Assembly (NCBI GenBank): GCA_905215815.1
Contig: CAJMRN010000001.1
Location: forward strand, 8,680-72,679
Direction: 5' to 3'
DNA length: 64,000 bases
Source: an uncultured bacterium
Lineage (GTDB): Bacteria > Actinomycetota > Coriobacteriia > Coriobacteriales > Coriobacteriaceae
The translations under genes and the position numbers were made by a program. Shown here one piece after another: positions 9,260 to 17,784 of the stretch. Under the pieces are notes generated by a model. The model saw only the letters and a list, made by a program, of their open reading frames with translations. It was not told the DNA's origin and did no database searches. Positions within the stretch are counted from its first letter, which is position 1. Each line of letters begins with the position of its first letter.

Positions 9260-9877
9260 ATGGACACCAATCATTCCCTCATCATCAGCCCCCTCACCAT
9301 GCGTGAATCCGCCCGAGGTATCACGCTCACCAGCATTTACGATGAGATGCTCGCCCGTCGCGAGCTCTCCGTCATGGGAAACATCGAAACCCCGATGGCC
9401 CACGACCTATGCCAGCAGATCCGCCTGCTCGATGCCACCGACCCCAGCCGCCCCATCACCATATTTGTCGCCAGCGCCGGCGGAAGCGTGCGATCGGGTC
9501 TTGCGATCTATGACGCCATGTGCCTCGCATCGTGCCCCATCCGCACCGTCTGCCTGGAATTCGCCGCGTCCATGGGCGCCGTGATCTTTATGGGCGGCGA
9601 CGATCGCCGTATGGCGCCCCATGCAGAGCTCATGATTCACGACCCGCTGATCCCCCAGGGGGCAGGCGGCTCGGCACTTGCGCTGCAGGAAACCAGCCGG
9701 CGTCTCATGCAGACCCGCAAGACCCTCACGCAAATCCTCTCGGACCGCAGCGGCCTCACGCCCAAGCGCATCCAGTCCCTCACTGCAAAAGACACCTACC
9801 TTTCGGCCGAGCGCGCCGTCGAGCTCGGCTTTGCCCACGAAATCCTCTCGACCACCAAGGAGGTCGCCCATGTCTAA
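9260..9877 (+). CDS. ClpP-family serine protease (accessory paralog)
   Basis: SAGGSV..GLAIYDAM; AASMG (Ser), MIHDP (His), KDTYLSAERAVELG (Asp); AAAGGAG RBS. Confidence 0.92.
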   Translation: MDTNHSLIISPLTMRESARGITLTSIYDEMLARRELSVMGNIETPMAHDLCQQIRLLDATDPSRPITIFVASAGGSVRSGLAIYDAMCLASCPIRTVCLEFAASMGAVIFMGGDDRRMAPHAELMIHDPLIPQGAGGSALALQETSRRLMQTRKTLTQILSDRSGLTPKRIQSLTAKDTYLSAERAVELGFAHEILSTTKEVAHV

Positions 9878-11174
9878 CCTCGCCAGCCGCCTCGCCGCGT
9901 CTGAGTCCGCATCGTCCACCATCCTCGCCAAGGATCGAACGCTTTCCTGCGACACCCGCCAAACGGGACTCAACAACAACGCACTTGTAATCGGCCCCTC
10001 GGGAGCCGGCAAGACCCGAAACGTCCTCAAGCCCAACCTGCTGCAAATGAACGCAAGCTACATCGTGCTCGACACCAAAGGCACGCTCTGTCGCGAAGTG
10101 GGACCCGTGCTGGCAGCCCACGGTTACCGCGTGCAATGTCTCAACTTCGCCGACCTCAACACCGTCCCGGCCCTTGCGCCCGGCATCGAGCGCTGCGGCT
10201 ACAACCCCCTGAGGCACATTCGCCGCAAGGCGGACGGCAGGCCCAACCAGCAGGACTTCCTCTCGGTGGCAAAGGCCATCTGCCCCATCGAGGACAACAA
10301 CCAGCCTTTTTGGGATCATGCGGCAGCAAACCTGCTGTCGTGTCTTATCGCCTACGTCACCGAACAGCTACCCGCCGACGAGCAGACGATCAGCTCGGTC
10401 ATCAAGCTGATCGAGCACCTGCAGGACGGTGCCACGGGTCGATTGTTTGACGACCTGATCACGACCGACCCCCAAAGCTATGCCCTCTCGCTATGGCGGC
10501 GCTACGCCATTACGCAAAATGCCGAGCGCATGCACGCGAGCATCGTCGGCATCCTTGCCGAAAAGGTCATGTGTCTGGGATTCGACGGTGCGGCACAGCT
10601 CTATCGTGAGTGCCATCAGGTGGACTTCGCTTCCATGGGACACACCCCCTGCTCCCTGTTTGTAACCGTGAGCGATATTGACCGCAATCTCGATCCGCTG
10701 ACCGGCCTTTTTATTTCGCAGGCGTTTATGGGCCTCATTCGTGAGGCCGATAGGCAGCCCGACGGCAGCCTGCCCGTGCCCGTGCGCTTTATGCTCGATG
10801 ACTTCGCAAATCTGCAGATCCCCCAGATCGACAACGTGCTCTCGATTATCCGAAGCCGCAACATCTGGGCAACGCTGCTGCTGCAGTCGACCAACCAGCT
10901 CGATGCGCTCTATGGCGAGGCACGCGCACGCTCCATCATGGGCAACTGCGACACACATCTGGTGCTGGCGTTCCAGGATCCCGAGAGTGCCCGGGTGTTT
11001 TCCGACCGCGCCGACGCGCTGCCCAGCACGCTCATGGCGACGCCGATCGATCGCTCGTGGCTCTTTGTACGCGGTCGCACTCCCGAACAGGTCGAGCGCT
11101 TTAGGCTCGAAGACCATCCGCTCTACGGGGAGCTGCCCGAGGCGCAGCGAGGCCATGCGGAGGCCGAGATCTAG
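9870..11174 (+). CDS. VirD4/TraG-like type IV coupling-protein ATPase lacking the N-terminal membrane anchor
   Basis: Walker A GPSGAGKT, DTKG, YNPL, PFWD, Walker B FMLDDFAN, IRSR, LQS..QL..LYG..SIMGNC; ATG 9870 after AAGGAGG, overlapping the clpP stop. Confidence 0.88.
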   Translation: MSNLASRLAASESASSTILAKDRTLSCDTRQTGLNNNALVIGPSGAGKTRNVLKPNLLQMNASYIVLDTKGTLCREVGPVLAAHGYRVQCLNFADLNTVPALAPGIERCGYNPLRHIRRKADGRPNQQDFLSVAKAICPIEDNNQPFWDHAAANLLSCLIAYVTEQLPADEQTISSVIKLIEHLQDGATGRLFDDLITTDPQSYALSLWRRYAITQNAERMHASIVGILAEKVMCLGFDGAAQLYRECHQVDFASMGHTPCSLFVTVSDIDRNLDPLTGLFISQAFMGLIREADRQPDGSLPVPVRFMLDDFANLQIPQIDNVLSIIRSRNIWATLLLQSTNQLDALYGEARARSIMGNCDTHLVLAFQDPESARVFSDRADALPSTLMATPIDRSWLFVRGRTPEQVERFRLEDHPLYGELPEAQRGHAEAEI

Positions 11175-11251
11175 GCGCAGGGTTCTCGCAGCGCGCGGCG
11201 CCCCGGCGATGTTCCACAAAGGCCGTGCGCCCCGGGACCACGGCAAAGCAA

Positions 11252-11283
11252 AGGGGCCCGCATCCGATAGGATACGGGCCCCT
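11252..11283. terminator. Hairpin between convergent virD4-like gene and pgi
   Basis: AGGGGCCCGcATCC-gata-GGATaCGGGCCCCT; A-tract on the left gives a U-tail for pgi. Confidence 0.75.
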
Positions 11284-11315
11284 GACTATAAGGCGCGATG
11301 CGTTAACAGCAGCGA

Positions 11316-13010
11316 CTACTTGCGATGCGCGCGATAGAACTCGATAAGCGCCTGGGTCGAAGCGTCCTGCTCGGCCTTTGCGGCGTCGTCGTGGAAGGCC
11401 GGGGTAATCTGCTTGGCAAGCTGCTTGCCCAGCTCAACGCCCCACTGGTCGTAGGAGTCGATGCCCCAGACCGTGCCCTCGACAAACGTGATGTGCTCGT
11501 ACAGGGCGATGAGCTCGCCGAGCGCAAACGGGGTCAGCGTGTCGCCGAAGATCGAGGTCGTCGGGCGGTTGCCCTCAAAGCAACGGGCCGGGACGATCTG
11601 CTCGGGCGTGCCCTCGGCACGAACCTCGTCGGCCGTCTTGCCAAAGGCGAGCGCCTTGGTCTGGGCCAGGAAGTTGCCCAGGAACAGCTCATGCACGTCC
11701 TGGCCGCTATCGGTCGCAGGGTTGGCGGTATTGGCGAAGGCGATGAAATCGGCCGGAACCACCACGGTGCCCTGATGCAGCAGCTGGTAGAAGGCGTGCT
11801 GACCGTTGGTGCCGGGCTCGCCCCAGAAGATCTCACCGGTGTCGGAGGTCACGGCGCTGCCGTCCCAGCGGACATGCTTGCCGTTGGACTCCATGGTGAG
11901 CTGCTGCAGGTAGGCCGGGAAACGGTGTAGGTACTGGCAGTACGGAAGCACGGCGTGGCTCTTGGAACCGAAGAAGTTGACGTACCAGACGTTGAGCAGG
12001 CCCATCAGCGCGACGGCGTTGTTCTCGAGCGGCGTGTTGCAGAAGTACTCGTCGATGGCATGGAAGCCCTCAATGAACTGCTGGAAGCGCTCGGGGCCGA
12101 GCACGACGATCAGCGACAGGCCCACGGCGGAGTCAACGGAGTAGCGGCCGCCGACCCAATTCCAGAAACCGAAGGCGTTGGCGGGGTCGATACCGAAGGC
12201 CTCGACCTTCTCGAGTGCAGTGGAGACGGCGACGAAGTGCTTTGCCACGGCCTCGGCGTTCTGCTCATCGGAGCCGTCGACGGCGCCCTGAGCCTTGAGC
12301 TGCTCGAGCATCCAGGTCTTGACCTCGCGGGCGTTGGTGAGGGTCTCGAGCGTGGTGAAAGTCTTGGAGACGATAATCACGAGCGTGGTCTCGGGATCCA
12401 GGCCCTTGAGCTTCTCGGCCTGGTCGTTGGGGTCGATGTTGGAGATGTAGCGGCAGTCGATACCGGCGTCGGCGTAGGGACGCAGGGCCTCGTAGGCCAT
12501 GACCGGGCCCAGATCGGAACCGCCGATGCCGATGGACACCAGATGCTCGATCTTCTTGCCGGTAACGCCCTTCCACTCACCGGAGCGCACGCGCTCGGCG
12601 AAGGCATACATGCGATCGAGGACCTCGTGCACGTCGGCGACGACATCCTGGCCGTCAACGATGAGCTGGCCCTTCTCGCTTGCCGGGCGGCGCAGCGCGG
12701 TGTGCAGGACGGCGCGGTCCTCGGTGGTGTTGATGTGCTCGCCGGAGAACATGGCGTCGCGGCGCTCCTCGAGCTTCACCTCGCGGGCAAGATCGCACAG
12801 CAGTTTGACGGTCTCATCGGTCACCAGGTTCTTCGACAGATCGAAGTGCAGGTCACCGGCGTCAAAGCTCAGCTTGTTCACGCGCTCGGCATCGGCGGCG
12901 AACCAGGCCTTGAGGTCGATACCTTCGGCCTCGAGCTTCTCCTGATGAGCCTCGAGCGCCTTCCAAGCGGCAGTCGACGTAGCATCGATAGGTGCGGCAA
13001 CAGTTGCCAT
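11316..13010 (-). CDS. pgi: Glucose-6-phosphate isomerase
   Basis: [31 protein letters not shown] and DQWGVELGK motifs. Confidence 0.98.
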   Translation of the reverse strand: MATVAAPIDATSTAAWKALEAHQEKLEAEGIDLKAWFAADAERVNKLSFDAGDLHFDLSKNLVTDETVKLLCDLAREVKLEERRDAMFSGEHINTTEDRAVLHTALRRPASEKGQLIVDGQDVVADVHEVLDRMYAFAERVRSGEWKGVTGKKIEHLVSIGIGGSDLGPVMAYEALRPYADAGIDCRYISNIDPNDQAEKLKGLDPETTLVIIVSKTFTTLETLTNAREVKTWMLEQLKAQGAVDGSDEQNAEAVAKHFVAVSTALEKVEAFGIDPANAFGFWNWVGGRYSVDSAVGLSLIVVLGPERFQQFIEGFHAIDEYFCNTPLENNAVALMGLLNVWYVNFFGSKSHAVLPYCQYLHRFPAYLQQLTMESNGKHVRWDGSAVTSDTGEIFWGEPGTNGQHAFYQLLHQGTVVVPADFIAFANTANPATDSGQDVHELFLGNFLAQTKALAFGKTADEVRAEGTPEQIVPARCFEGNRPTTSIFGDTLTPFALGELIALYEHITFVEGTVWGIDSYDQWGVELGKQLAKQITPAFHDDAAKAEQDASTQALIEFYRAHRK

Positions 13011-13133
13011 AGAGTCCTCCTCAGCATACGGGCGCACGCCTCCATGCGCCCGGACATTCAGATGCCACTATTCTAGCGCAGGTCAAGACCATAATCAGCG
13101 AGCGTTGCCAATCCGCCCCTAAACGGCAACCGA

Positions 13134-13202
13134 CCAAAAAGGGACAGGTTTATTTTGGCAGGTCAAACGCTTTACCTACCAAAAATAACCCATCCTTTTA
13201 TG
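13134..13202. repeat. REP-like inverted doublet (family A: CCAAAAAGGGACAGGTTTATTTTGGCAGGT)
   Basis: Forward unit 13134-13163, degenerate reverse unit 13174-13202; further units at 13859, 49945 and 50063. Confidence 0.75.
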
Positions 13203-13209
13203 CAAAATA

Positions 13210-13782
13210 TTAGGCCGCGGCGCACACGCTGCCGAGCAACTCACGCAGAGGAGACCCGATGCCCTCCAACAGCTCGGGTGCGATAATGGCAAAAACGGGA
13301 ACCTCGCCGGCGCCCACGACAGCAGGCACCTTGCCCTCCGAGACAATGCATCCATAAGGCACAAAGCCGTCTTCGCCGGCATCGAGCGCCGCCATGCGCC
13401 GCGCGAGCTCGCGCGCAAAGCCCGCCGTATCGGCATCGCCAATCGCCAGGACAAAGTCCACGCCTTCGTCGGTCGCCAGGGCCACGGCTTCGTCGATCAG
13501 CTCGTCTCCCCCATCGCCAGCCGAGCCGCAGCGGAAAAGCACGCGCTCGAGCAGAGCTCGATCAACCGAGCCGAGTGCCGCCGAGACAAGCTCATCACGC
13601 GTATGCTTGTCACCGCCCAGCACGACCAGCGCCTTAGTGCCGCCGTAGTGAGCGACCAATCGTCCACACCAGCGAGCCACGTCCCCATCCGCAACAAGGC
13701 GTGTCGGCATACCAAACCCATAATTGACCATCTTTCCCACAACCCTTCCGTGCGTATAGGCGGTATCAATCGTTAGGCTCAT
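13210..13782 (-). CDS. Short protein resembling the N-terminal domain of iron-containing alcohol dehydrogenases
   Basis: MPTRLV..G, GGTKALVV.GG, VDFVLAIG and PVFAIIAPEL echo the Fe-ADH N-domain; only 190 aa. Confidence 0.6.
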   Translation of the reverse strand: MSLTIDTAYTHGRVVGKMVNYGFGMPTRLVADGDVARWCGRLVAHYGGTKALVVLGGDKHTRDELVSAALGSVDRALLERVLFRCGSAGDGGDELIDEAVALATDEGVDFVLAIGDADTAGFARELARRMAALDAGEDGFVPYGCIVSEGKVPAVVGAGEVPVFAIIAPELLEGIGSPLRELLGSVCAAA

Positions 13783-13858
13783 ACTACGAAGCGAGGTTTT
13801 CCGAGCTGTTTCGCACTCTTTAGAGCTGCGTTAAAACCCAATCCAACCGCACGACCAT

Positions 13859-13888
13859 ACCTACCAAAACAAACCAGTCCCTTTTTGG
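13859..13888 (-). repeat. REP-like family A unit (reverse orientation)
   Basis: Reverse complement CCAAAAAGGGACTGGTTTGTTTTGGTAGGT is 27/30 identical to the 13134 unit. Confidence 0.75.
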
Positions 13889-13894
13889 CTGCTT

Positions 13895-13954
13895 TTGACG
13901 GTGTCCGGTCGAGCGGGTATTATCGAACAGGTATTCGATAAGAACATGTGTTTG
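13895..13954 (+). promoter_or_regulatory. Promoter with two tandem LexA (SOS) boxes
   Basis: TTGACG-N17-TATTAT (13895-13923); CGAAC-AGGT-ATTCG 13924-37 and AGAAC-ATGT-GTTTG 13941-54 resemble the Gram-positive GAAC-N4-GTTC box. Confidence 0.8.
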
Positions 13955-13966
13955 ATGGGAGGACGC

Positions 13967-15472
13967 GTGGGGCACGAGTGTCACACCTATATCTGCATCG
14001 ACCTTAAGACGTTTTATGCCAGTGTCGAGTGCGTCGACCGCGGACTCGACCCACTCACTACGTGCCTGGTCGTTGCCGATGAATCACGCGGACGCACGAC
14101 CATCTGCCTCGCCATCACACAGGCCATGAAGGACCTCGGGATACACAATCGATGCCGTCTGTTCGAGATTCCCGACGGCATCGACTACATCAAGGCCGTA
14201 CCGCGCATGCAGCACTACATGGAGGTGTCGGCGCAGATCTACGGTATCTACCTGGAATACGTCAGTCCGCAAGACGTGCACGTCTATTCCATCGACGAAT
14301 GCTTTATCGACGTGACGCCCTATCTGGACCTCTATCACACCGATGCGGAAGGCTTCGCCTGTATGCTGCGTGACGAGGTCCTGGGGCGCACCGGCATCAC
14401 GGCAACGGTTGGCATCGGCCCCAACCTATTCCAGGCCAAGGTGGCACTCGACATTACCGCCAAGCACGTGCCTAGCCGCATCGGCATACTCGACGACGAG
14501 ACGTTCCGCAAGAAAATCTGGCCTCACCGCCCCATCACCGACATCTGGGGCATCGGGCCCGGCGTGGCAGCGCGACTCGAAAAATACGGCGTCTACGATC
14601 TGATGGGCGTCGCGGCGCTCGACGAAAACCTGCTCTACGACGAGCTCGGCGTCAATGCCGAGTATCTTATCGACCACGCCTTTGGGCGCGAGCCGACAAC
14701 TATCGCCGATATTCAGGCCTATCGCCCGCAGGCAACCTCAACAACCACGGGGCAAGTGCTATCGAAAGGCTATGCCTACGAGCAGGCCTACACCGTCTTG
14801 CGCGAGATGGTCGATGCCGCCGTACTAGACTTGGTCGATAAGCACGTGGTGTGCGACAGCATCTCGCTCTTTGCAGGCTACGCGAGCGAGCGCGCCGACA
14901 TACGCCGCTTCGACGCCAGCGGCACGGCGCAATATGTAGACGGATGCGGGCACCTGCGCTCGAGCACATCGAGTATCGAACCCACCGCAACCGCCGGCCC
15001 CGAGCTCGCACCCCGTGCGCCCAAGCCCGTCCAACGCGATGACGAACGGCACCGCCTGGTGCGCGAAGCACAGGCAATCGACGGCATCTTTGTGGGAGAG
15101 CACGGCGGCAAACCGCGTGGTGGCTATGCTGCGCTGTTCGCACATTCCAATGCATCCCGCAAGCTGCCCGAGCGCACCAATTCGTTTAAGAAGATCATGG
15201 GCTATTTCGATGAGCTCTGGGCGCAGACTGTCGATCCCAAACGACCGGTCAAGCGCATCAACCTGGGATTTGGCAACCTCATGCCCGAAGAATTTGCCAC
15301 TATCGATCTGTTCAGCGATGTTAAGGCCGATGAGCGCGAGCGCGACCTGGCGCGCGCCGTCCTGGCCGTGAAAGGCAAGTACGGCAAGAACGCGCTCGTC
15401 AAGGGATTAAGCTTCACCACAGGCGCCACCGCACGCGAACGCAACGACCAAGTTGGAGGACATCGTGCCTAA
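13967..15472 (+). CDS. Y-family DNA polymerase (UmuC/UvrX/YqjW-like)
   Basis: IDLKTFYASVEC, YSIDE, ATVGIGPN and DIWGIG motifs; C-terminal ERNDQVGGH; GTG start after GGAGG. Confidence 0.92.
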   Translation: MGHECHTYICIDLKTFYASVECVDRGLDPLTTCLVVADESRGRTTICLAITQAMKDLGIHNRCRLFEIPDGIDYIKAVPRMQHYMEVSAQIYGIYLEYVSPQDVHVYSIDECFIDVTPYLDLYHTDAEGFACMLRDEVLGRTGITATVGIGPNLFQAKVALDITAKHVPSRIGILDDETFRKKIWPHRPITDIWGIGPGVAARLEKYGVYDLMGVAALDENLLYDELGVNAEYLIDHAFGREPTTIADIQAYRPQATSTTTGQVLSKGYAYEQAYTVLREMVDAAVLDLVDKHVVCDSISLFAGYASERADIRRFDASGTAQYVDGCGHLRSSTSSIEPTATAGPELAPRAPKPVQRDDERHRLVREAQAIDGIFVGEHGGKPRGGYAALFAHSNASRKLPERTNSFKKIMGYFDELWAQTVDPKRPVKRINLGFGNLMPEEFATIDLFSDVKADERERDLARAVLAVKGKYGKNALVKGLSFTTGATARERNDQVGGHRA

Positions 15473-15890
15473 GTCCCAACAACAGCCGATGCGGCCACCG
15501 ACGCCTTTTGAACGTCTAGCGGACCCCGAGGGAAGACGTCGCTCCGCCGACCCCAAGCTCACCGCCAACGGCGCCGTCCGCGCCGGCCGTGCCGCGCAGT
15601 TTATGCCCTTTGCCGCCCTCACGGGATACTACGAGCTCGTGCGCAAACAAGAGATCACCGCCGAGCCAAAATGCGAGCTCACGGAAGAAAAAGCCCTCGA
15701 GCTTTCGAAAAAGCTCAAGGGCCTCAAACGCGGCGACTTGGTGCGCGTCACCTATTACGATACGTACGGCTATCGCGCTCGCACGGGCATCCTCGACGAG
15801 GTGCTCCCCGCCTTCAAGCTCCTCAAGCTCAAAGACATCGCCATCGACTTCGACGACATCCAAGACATTGAGCTACGCGGACGAGCCTAG
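15465..15890 (+). CDS. YolD-like protein (partner of UvrX-type polymerase)
   Basis: RAAQFMPFAALTGY motif; VTYY..G; overlaps the polymerase stop. Confidence 0.75.
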   Translation: MPKSQQQPMRPPTPFERLADPEGRRRSADPKLTANGAVRAGRAAQFMPFAALTGYYELVRKQEITAEPKCELTEEKALELSKKLKGLKRGDLVRVTYYDTYGYRARTGILDEVLPAFKLLKLKDIAIDFDDIQDIELRGRA

Positions 15891-15916
15891 CCAAAGAAGC
15901 GCATCCAGGGCGGCGC

Positions 15917-16300
15917 TTACAGCGTCATGACGTAGTAGCCCGCGTCTTTCACGGCCGTCTCGAGGACACCACGATCAACCGGCTGTTTAGAGCGCACACG
16001 TGCCGTGTGATCCGCATACGTCACCGTTGCCCACACGCCGTCCAACGCATTGAGGGCATTGGCTACGTTCTGAGCGCAGCCGTCACAGCTCATGCCGCCG
16101 ATGAGCAGCTCATCGCTATAGGGATAGTGTGACGCATCGGTATCCACCACAACAACCTTTTTGGCCTTCTTGCCGCTCGCGCCATCGCTGCAGCAACTCT
16201 TCCCGTGTGTCGAAGCGGCTATGCGACGCAGTCCAAAAAACATACCGACGGCAATGACGGCCAGCACGATGAGATTCGAAGGGTTGAGCAAGTCACTCAT
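15917..16300 (-). CDS. Membrane-anchored heavy-metal-associated (HMA/CopZ-like) protein
   Basis: N-terminal TM helix, SCCS motif, GMSCDGC metal-binding loop, AGY C-terminus. Confidence 0.85.
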   Translation of the reverse strand: MSDLLNPSNLIVLAVIAVGMFFGLRRIAASTHGKSCCSDGASGKKAKKVVVVDTDASHYPYSDELLIGGMSCDGCAQNVANALNALDGVWATVTYADHTARVRSKQPVDRGVLETAVKDAGYYVMTL

Positions 16301-16328
16301 GCGTTCCCCTTTCAAGTAGCACCATCTA

Positions 16329-16347
16329 GATACCCCCATGGGGTGTC
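16329..16347. promoter_or_regulatory. Putative CsoR-type operator
   Basis: GATACCCC-CAT-GGGGTGTC G/C-tract palindrome just upstream of the HMA gene. Confidence 0.6.
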
Positions 16348-16382
16348 CCTATCTTAACCCAAAATCATGTCTGTTCGGTCAA

Positions 16383-16450
16383 TTAGTTTCCCTATTCAAA
16401 CTTTTTAGTTGACCAAGGCTTACTTTCGTGTATAAGTTTTCCTAGGCTAA
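16383..16450 (+). promoter_or_regulatory. Three DtxR/IdeR-like metal-repressor boxes over the promoter of DUF3793-flavodoxin
   Basis: TTAGTTTCCCTATTCAAA 16383, TTAGTTGACCAAGGCTTA 16405, TAAGTTTTCCTAGGCTAA 16433; TTGACC..TATAAG promoter inside. Confidence 0.55.
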
Positions 16451-16474
16451 CAGTTTAGATCTGTAAGGAGCGCC

Positions 16475-17179
16475 GTGACTCGAACCATAGACATCCCAAC
16501 GTTTCAGGCAGCAGTCGTGCGCAACTGCTCTCCCACGCTCGCGGGCATCAAGCCGGCATCGCTCTTTACCTATCCAGGCACCTACGCCCACGGGGGCGGC
16601 TCGACCGCAACCGAAACCATCGCAGAACGCCGGGCACGCCTGCTCAACGTTATCGCCCAGTGTAATTGCGAGCTTGACCCGCTCGGCATCCACCTGAGTG
16701 TTTTGGTCTGGCGGCCCTGCGGAGCGCTCATTTATGTGTACCGCCCTGCGGACCTCATGCGATATCTCTCCGACCCCCGCGCCGCGACGACGCTTGCCGC
16801 CGAAGGCTACGATGTCCACAACCTGCCCGCATCCCTGGTGCATCTCGCCGCGCGCATCACGTTGGCAAGCAGCAATACCGCAGAAAGCGCCTATGACGGC
16901 AGTGTCTGCGCGCTCGCGCGAAATAGGCACTGCGATACGGGGTGCATGTGCGAGTTTCCACACGAAATTGGCTATTTTTTGGGCTATCCCTACGAAGATG
17001 TCCATCAGTTTATCGTCCAGCGCGGCGAGAACTACAAGGTTTTTGGAGCTTGGAAGGTCTACACGAATGTTGGGCAAGCGCTTGCGACGTTCGAATCCCA
17101 CCGCGCTTGCACGCAGCACCTCACCCATGTCTATCAGCAGGGCCACAGCCTAGCAAAACTTGCCCAGGCGACCCGATAG
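16475..17179 (+). CDS. DUF3793-family protein
   Basis: CSPTLAGIKPASL, FPHEIGYFLGYP.EDV and WKVY motifs; typical linkage with flavodoxin. Confidence 0.85.
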   Translation: MTRTIDIPTFQAAVVRNCSPTLAGIKPASLFTYPGTYAHGGGSTATETIAERRARLLNVIAQCNCELDPLGIHLSVLVWRPCGALIYVYRPADLMRYLSDPRAATTLAAEGYDVHNLPASLVHLAARITLASSNTAESAYDGSVCALARNRHCDTGCMCEFPHEIGYFLGYPYEDVHQFIVQRGENYKVFGAWKVYTNVGQALATFESHRACTQHLTHVYQQGHSLAKLAQATR

Positions 17180-17225
17180 AACGTACAAACCGCGGCCGCA
17201 CGCCGCACAACCGAAAGGACTCAAC

Positions 17226-17645
17226 ATGAGCAAGATCGCCGTCGTCTATTGGAGCGGCACGGGCAACACCGAGGTCATGGCAAACTTTGTCGCCGAAGGC
17301 ACCACATCTGCGGGCGCCGAGGCCGAAGTCATCCCCTGCGCCGACTTCTCTGCCGACAAGGCCGCCGACTATGATGCCTTCGCCTTCGGCTGCCCCGCCA
17401 TGGGCTCCGAGGAGCTTGAATACGATGAGTTCCAGCCCATGTGGGATGAGGTCAAGGAAGCCCTCGGTGACAAGAAGGTCGTCCTCTTTGGTTCCTATTC
17501 GTGGGCCGAGGGCGAGTGGATGGACAACTGGAAAGCCGATGCCGACGAGGCGGGCGTCAACGTCGTCGATTCCGTCATCTGCTACGACGCGCCCGACGAT
17601 GAGGCAGAGGCGGCCTGCAAAGCCCTGGGAGCGGAGCTGGCATAA
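17226..17645 (+). CDS. Short-chain flavodoxin
   Basis: YWSGTGNTE, GCPAMGSEEL and LFGSYSW motifs. Confidence 0.95.
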   Translation: MSKIAVVYWSGTGNTEVMANFVAEGTTSAGAEAEVIPCADFSADKAADYDAFAFGCPAMGSEELEYDEFQPMWDEVKEALGDKKVVLFGSYSWAEGEWMDNWKADADEAGVNVVDSVICYDAPDDEAEAACKALGAELA

Positions 17646-17675
17646 ACCGCCCATTGACACGACAGATGCAACGCA

Positions 17676-17710
17676 AACGGGCTCCGGGTCGTCTTAACCC
17701 GGAGCCCGTT
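17676..17710. terminator. Hairpin between convergent genes
   Basis: AACGGGCTCCGGGT...ACCCGGAGCCCGTT perfect inverted repeat. Confidence 0.75.
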
Positions 17711-17784
17711 CATCTATAAAGCCACGACACGAACGGCACAACTCACCCGCGTATCAAACGACGGACGTTATAGGCATCGAGTTG

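Noticed and set aside
9260..11174. Intact ICE, conjugative element or prophage
   Set aside because: No integrase, relaxase, VirB4, portal, terminase or capsid genes, and no att repeats seen around the cassette
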